A stretch of 63,761 bases of DNA, the filler included, from Choristocarpus tenellus KU-1152 (taxonomy: Eukaryota > Protista > Phaeophyceae): the NCBI GenBank assembly GCA_964200185.2. It is 10 parts of 10 records of this genome, joined end to end, with 100 filler letters (N's around TTAATTAATTAA, not from the genome) between each part and the next. Parts side by side here need not be neighbours in the genome. Positions count along the whole stretch, not along the records: positions 60,955 to 63,761 come from CAXNAD020024582.1; 9 more parts are not named here. The stretch is one strand, 5' to 3'. This document shows positions 63,342 through 63,761 of the stretch, in pieces. Below the pieces are notes generated by a model, which searched no databases, was not told the DNA's origin, and saw only the letters and a program-made list of their open reading frames with translations. Both the position numbers and the translations under genes were made by a program. Numbering within the stretch: position 1 is the stretch's first letter; the number at the start of each line of letters is the position of its first letter.

Positions 63342-63761
63342 TCCATGGGAAACGGTGGCGGCCGTCCAGGAGATGCGGATTCTGTCGTGTGTCTTTCTTT
63401 TTCGCTTCCCCCATGTTGTTTCATCTTCTTCGTACCTTGTATTTCCTTTTGTGTATTTTTCTCCTTCCCCCCGGGTCCTTCGTAGTTCTTTGTTTGATTG
63501 TCCGCGAGTCGCATGCTGGTGTTACTTGTCTTCACTGCACTATTTTTGCCGTCTTTCCTTCTATTACAGAATTTCCTATTGTTTGCGTTTTTGCATTTGT
63601 TATTTAGCTTCCGTTCCACACTCGTTGTACTATTATAATGTTAGTGGTAAGCGATTTCATGACGCCCAACGATACCGTACTTGTGTGCTGTCACTGTCAA
63701 GTTTGACGCATGCCGGACCCACGCGCTCCCTCCCGCCTTCTCTTCATTAGGGGCTCTTATG

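Noticed and set aside
1-63761. Gene cluster linking GPCR, epimerase, peptidase, NTR, PK and cathepsin
   Set aside because: Each lies on a different contig joined artificially; there is no evidence of linkage.

Overview
Eukaryotic, intron-rich DNA, most likely from a brown alga or close relative. The evidence is a mannuronan C-5 epimerase gene, TTAGGG repeats, a bipartite plastid-targeting presequence and algal-type retroelements. The window is not one locus: ten contigs are joined by nine artificial 100-nt linkers (44 N + TTAATTAATTAA + 44 N), so adjacency across linkers is meaningless. Spliced genes reconstructed by eye from GT-AG junctions and phase continuity: (i) a 5'-truncated receptor fusing a PhnD/TtrS-like periplasmic-binding-protein segment, a Cys-rich region, an Ig/filamin-like segment and a class C (GABA-B-like) 7TM domain; (ii) mannuronan C-5 epimerase; (iii) a leishmanolysin-like (M8) peptidase pseudogene; (iv) an NTRC-like thioredoxin reductase exon; (v) plastid-targeted pyruvate kinase; (vi) the 3' end of cathepsin B; (vii) a PHD-like zinc-finger fragment. 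The rest is transposon-rich: about 25 copies or ends of two MITE families that share a GRNYCAAAGTATCT terminus and make 3- or 4-bp target duplications, defective Ty1/copia elements, solo LTRs, a DD39D-type mariner and a CRE-like non-LTR fragment. The most notable signals are the chimeric PBP-GPCR, short TTAGGG tracts that overwrite MITE sequence and are scattered through introns, the unclassified MITE system with candidate autonomous partners, and apparent CpG decay. No database searches were run; family assignments rest on motif recognition.
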